Part shown: one piece after another, positions 60,183 through 64,000 of the stretch
How the letters are laid out: every line of letters starts with the position of its first letter
Position numbering within the stretch: the stretch's first letter is position 1
Assembly: GCA_963771075.1 (NCBI GenBank)
Contig: CAVYSE010000027.1
Location: 1 to 64,000, forward strand
DNA length: 64,000 bases
Direction of reading: 5' to 3'
Origin: a candidate division FCPU426 bacterium
GTDB lineage: Bacteria; Oederibacteriota; Muellerivitia; Muellerivitales; Muellerivitaceae
Made by a program: the position numbers and the translations under genes
Notes under the pieces: generated by a model
Database searches by the model: none
Seen by the model: only the letters and a program-made list of their open reading frames with translations
What the model was told of the DNA's origin: nothing

Positions 60183-63100
60183 TTAAACCTTAAAAGTTAT
60201 TTTTTCGTCTTTAATCAAAATTTTATCATCTGCCAATAACTCTGATATTCCGAGAGATAGCCGTTTTTCAACATTCGAGCCGATCCTTTCATATCCAAAG
60301 GCGGTTCCAACTTGATTGACCAATGTCTTAATATTCATGGCGCCGTTAGATTCCAAAACTTTCAATATTCCATATTTAATTTCTATTACAGGAATATGTT
60401 CAACATTTCTAATGTCCAATGATTTTGTTTTTCCACGTGGCACTATTGGACTATTGCTAGCAACAACTATGACGTCTCCATTTTCCAGTAATCTAATTTT
60501 CCGCTCCTTGACCATCATTTTAAGGACAATATTTACTATCCCTTTGATCGTATCCCCTGTTTTAGCAAATCCGTAAACTTCGCCTAATCTTTCACATAGC
60601 AAATCTAGATGAATTGGGGTTTCTTTTATCAGTATTTTGAATATTTCGCTATTAAGTTCGTACTGTTCAGGACCGGGTTTATCGGCTTTGTATAAATTGT
60701 TTAACTCCTTTTTTTCTCTAACTAGAGTCTTTAAGTAAATGTTAAACACCATTTTTTGATTGGAAAAAGTGGATGAAGAAAGATTGAAATTGGGATCAGT
60801 TAATTTTAGAGATGATGACATTAAAGAAATATCGGGTTTAGAGTTTTGTTTGGGATCGTATTTCGATATGGGTTCGTTAACAGTTTGGTGAATTACTTCC
60901 GAAACGGTCGATGCTTCTTTTTTTTGGTAAGTGACATCCATGAACGAACGGCTTCTAAAAGTCGCTCCTCCTGTCTTTTTCGATCATGAAACCAATCGGT
61001 TGACCAAACACGATATATATTCCAACCAAGTGAAACCAATATTTCTTCCCTCAAACGATCACGATCTCTAGCGGATCGAATCGAATGATAAGAAGCGCCA
61101 TCGCATTCCACACCTCCAAGAATTTTATCGGGATTACTGGGATCTTTTACGGCTATATCGATAAAAAATCCAGAGACTCCAAATTGTGGAATGCACTCAA
61201 AGCCTTCATTAGTTAATACTTCCATTACCATTTCTTCGAATTCATTTGCAGGCGGTCTGGATTCACGGTCATTTATAATTGCGGGTAATCTACCTGTGCT
61301 TGCGTATTGCAAATATTCCTTCAAAACTTTCATCCCTCGTCCAGAGCTTGTTATTTTCTCCGGAATAATTGAAGTTACCAAAATTGTAGAGTATCGAGAC
61401 CGAGTAAAAAGAACATTGAGTCTTCGATGACCTGATTGGCCAGTTATTGGACCGAAACGTTGAAAGAAATTGCCTTCTGAATCATTTCCATAAACTGTGG
61501 AAATAATAATGTAATCACGTTCATCGCCCTGAACATTTTCAAGATTTTTAATGAAAAACGGTTCACCTTTTTTTTCGTGATATTCTAAAAATCTCCTAAA
61601 GTGTGGATTTTCGTTTTCAAATTCCTGTAGAAGATCATCGAGTAAAATACGCTGTTCGTGGTTTATTGAAACGAGCCCCAACGATTTTTCAAATCTTTTA
61701 TTTAAGTGTTCAATTACTTGCCCGATTACTATGTTCGCTTCAGCGCTATTTTTGCGACCAGCGTAAACATGGTCTTTAACGTATATATGTTTTATTCCTA
61801 GGTCTTCAAAAGACGTAGTGGTGTAGGGCGATGGGGGAAGTATTAAATTGTTTCTGTAAAATTCACGATTTGAATATGCAATTAAAGAATGGTGTTTAGA
61901 TCGATAATGCCAGAGTAAGGTTCTATTTCTTTTTACCCGTGGACGTGAGAATTCTAGTATTGAGCCAAATCCATCAGTTTCGTCGATCTCATCCGAGTCA
62001 TCGCCTGCTTCGTTTTGATTACCGCCAAGCCAAAAAAATGAAGTGGGGGGCAACTGATTTTCATCACCGACAACAACAAGTTGTTTCCCGCGTAATATAG
62101 CGCCCAAAGCATCTTCAACTTTTACCTGAGAAGCTTCGTCCATTATTACGACATCAAATTCCATATTTTCTGATGGCAAGTAGGTTGCTACAGACATGGG
62201 GCTCATCATAAAACAAGGCCGAATGGCAAGAATGGATTTACCAGCCCGTGTCATCAATTCTCGTATCTCAACATGTCTCCTTTGTAAGTTAGCCTGATGT
62301 TCTAAAAGTCTAAATTGAGTTTTATCTTTAACACTTGGTCCGGGATTGCCGCCTAAAACTTCATTCTTTCTAATCCGTGATAACAATATTTGAACAAATG
62401 ATTTTCTGGATTCATCATCTAAATGTTTAAGGCTTTTTAAAGTTTCCTGAACGTAGCCAACTGAAAGGACATTTGTGCTTGATAGTTCCGAGTACAGTTC
62501 TGAACGAAACCAAAGGTGGTCCAATGTTTCGGGGATAAGATCAAATAATTTGGGGACAACTTCAAACGCCTTAATTGAGCTTGGGCCGAAATTATTTTCA
62601 AAAGTTTCAACCTTTTCCGAATAATTTTTAACATTTGGTATATCAATCGCGGGTTCAGCTAAGTTTTGAAATTTGACAATTAATTTTGATAATTCCAAAT
62701 CTTTGAAATCTTTTGAATGTTCAACAAAAGTTAATTGGTAATCAGAAACTAACAATTCTATTTTTGTAATAAATTTTATTTGTGATAAAAAATAATCTCT
62801 AAGGGAATTGAAACTTGATGGCCCATCAACAGTTAAGAGATAATGACGACGACTTGGACTAATTTTTAATATCTCAATGCATTTTGCATACGCCAAAAAC
62901 GAATCAATTAATTTAGGATCACTTGCTTCTTCGGAAGAAACTTTTTCCTTTTCACAAAGGGCCATCCATTTAGATTTTTGTGCTTTTAACTCATTATTTT
63001 CATGTACTTGATCTAAGAATTTATTAAGTTGCTGAAATTCCATTTCAATCGGAAAGGGAATCGCTGCCATTTGTTCTTGAATTTTTGAAACGATTTCAAG

Positions 63101-64000
63101 TTTGCTTTTTAAGGAATCTTGCAGTTCATATAAATTAGGTAAAGTTGATGATCCTTCAGATTCTAAAAATCCATAAACGGTCATTAGTTTCTTGAAATTT
63201 ATATTTTTGGCAAGTTCTGCAAATTGGTGCATACGGTTGCGATCTTTTCCTAGTAGTACATTAAGTGCCTTTTTGCCTAAGTCTGTTGACGGTACCGATT
63301 CTCTTGCCTTTGTAGCGGCTTCAGAAGCCTTTTCTATAGCGCCAAAATCAGTTTCTAAACCATCCCAATAATCGCCTGCAAAGGTATTTAATGATTCGTC
63401 ATTTAACACAGTGTCAAGTTCTTCGAGAAATTCAGCGAGGTTCCTTAAATTAAGAATTGTTTTATTAGGGTTTAAAAAAGATTTTCCGTAAGAAAAACTT
63501 TTGATTTTATGGGCAGCGGTTCTGGCATTTTTGTTAAGCCACCAAAACCAACCGGTTTCAGTTAAAACCTTCGCAATACCTAAAATTTCCTCCCTTGGAT
63601 AAGCCAATTTTAAATCGAATATCAGCTTTAAATCAGATTTTAAATTTCGAAGTCTTTTAAACTTGTTATCAGCCGTCCTTATTTTTTTTAAAGCTCCTGG
63701 TTCCGAAAGAATTTCTAGGGAATAACCAGTACCTAAATTTTCTTTCACCAGAATCTCGGCTGAATTAACAATTTGAGTTAAAGAGAAAAGCTCATTTGCG
63801 GAACCGGAAAAATTATCTAAGCCTAAAAGATTTTGTGTTAAAAAAAGCAGGGATTTACAATCGTTTATTTCGGATACTTTCTTGTCCAATTCATTCCGAA
63901 ATCCCCCTAATTTTTCTCTATTTAAATTTCCCCAACCCTTGGCTCCTATTATTCTTGCTGTTTCGCGATAAGTTTCGTAATTGATTTCTGCTAATGATTC
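60183..64000 (-). CDS. Large SF1 helicase-Vsr-like nuclease-DUF3320-like protein (Hhe-like); 5'-truncated by the window; frameshift at an A-run near 60920
   Basis: MMSPMSVA, MDEASQ, GDENQLPP, HYRS, QGDERD, RRLNVLFTR, FIDIAV..VECDG..YH..RDRDR..RVWSTDW; frame open to 64000. Confidence 0.85.

Larger units (their letters stand above)
55265..64000 (-). mobile_element. Integrative mobilisable element, continuing beyond the window
   Basis: Integrase, xis, relaxase, coupling protein, RHH and low-GC cargo, adjacent to a tRNA. Confidence 0.8.

Noticed and set aside
60431..60440. Third parS site (TTCCACGTGG)
   Set aside because: The right arm does not complete the palindrome and it lies inside a cargo gene

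Overview
Bacterial chromosome window, most likely near the replication origin. 1-15.4 kb holds the conserved rpmH-rnpA-yidD-yidC-jag-mnmE-mnmG-rsmG block, followed directly and co-directionally by recF-dciA-gyrB-gyrA. It has two perfect parS palindromes but no dnaA, dnaN or parAB. 15.4-28.9 kb holds a large degenerate histidine-kinase-like protein, a sigma-70/hspR/degP operon with a HAIR-like operator, DinB paralogues and envelope glycosyltransferases. 28.9-44.4 kb is an accessory island bracketed by a 25-bp direct repeat. It carries a ParB-membrane fusion protein, a secreted S53 protease, a TMTC-like transferase, a toxin-antitoxin pair, orphan toxin/immunity-like fragments, an IS30 element and a RAYT-like HUH (Y1) transposase. 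Two short repeat families delimit gene fragments in this island, and this repeat-delimited cassette arrangement is the best candidate for an undescribed system. 44.4-55.3 kb holds housekeeping genes (EVE, M48, AIM24, leuCD, LysR) and tRNA-Ser(CGA). 55.3-64 kb is an integrative mobilisable element (integrase, xis, MOBC-type relaxase, VirD4-like protein) with an Hhe-like helicase-nuclease cargo gene that runs off the window. Several single-base frameshifts (recF, leuC, LysR and others), many at homopolymers, suggest consensus errors. All product calls come from motif recognition by eye, without database searches.
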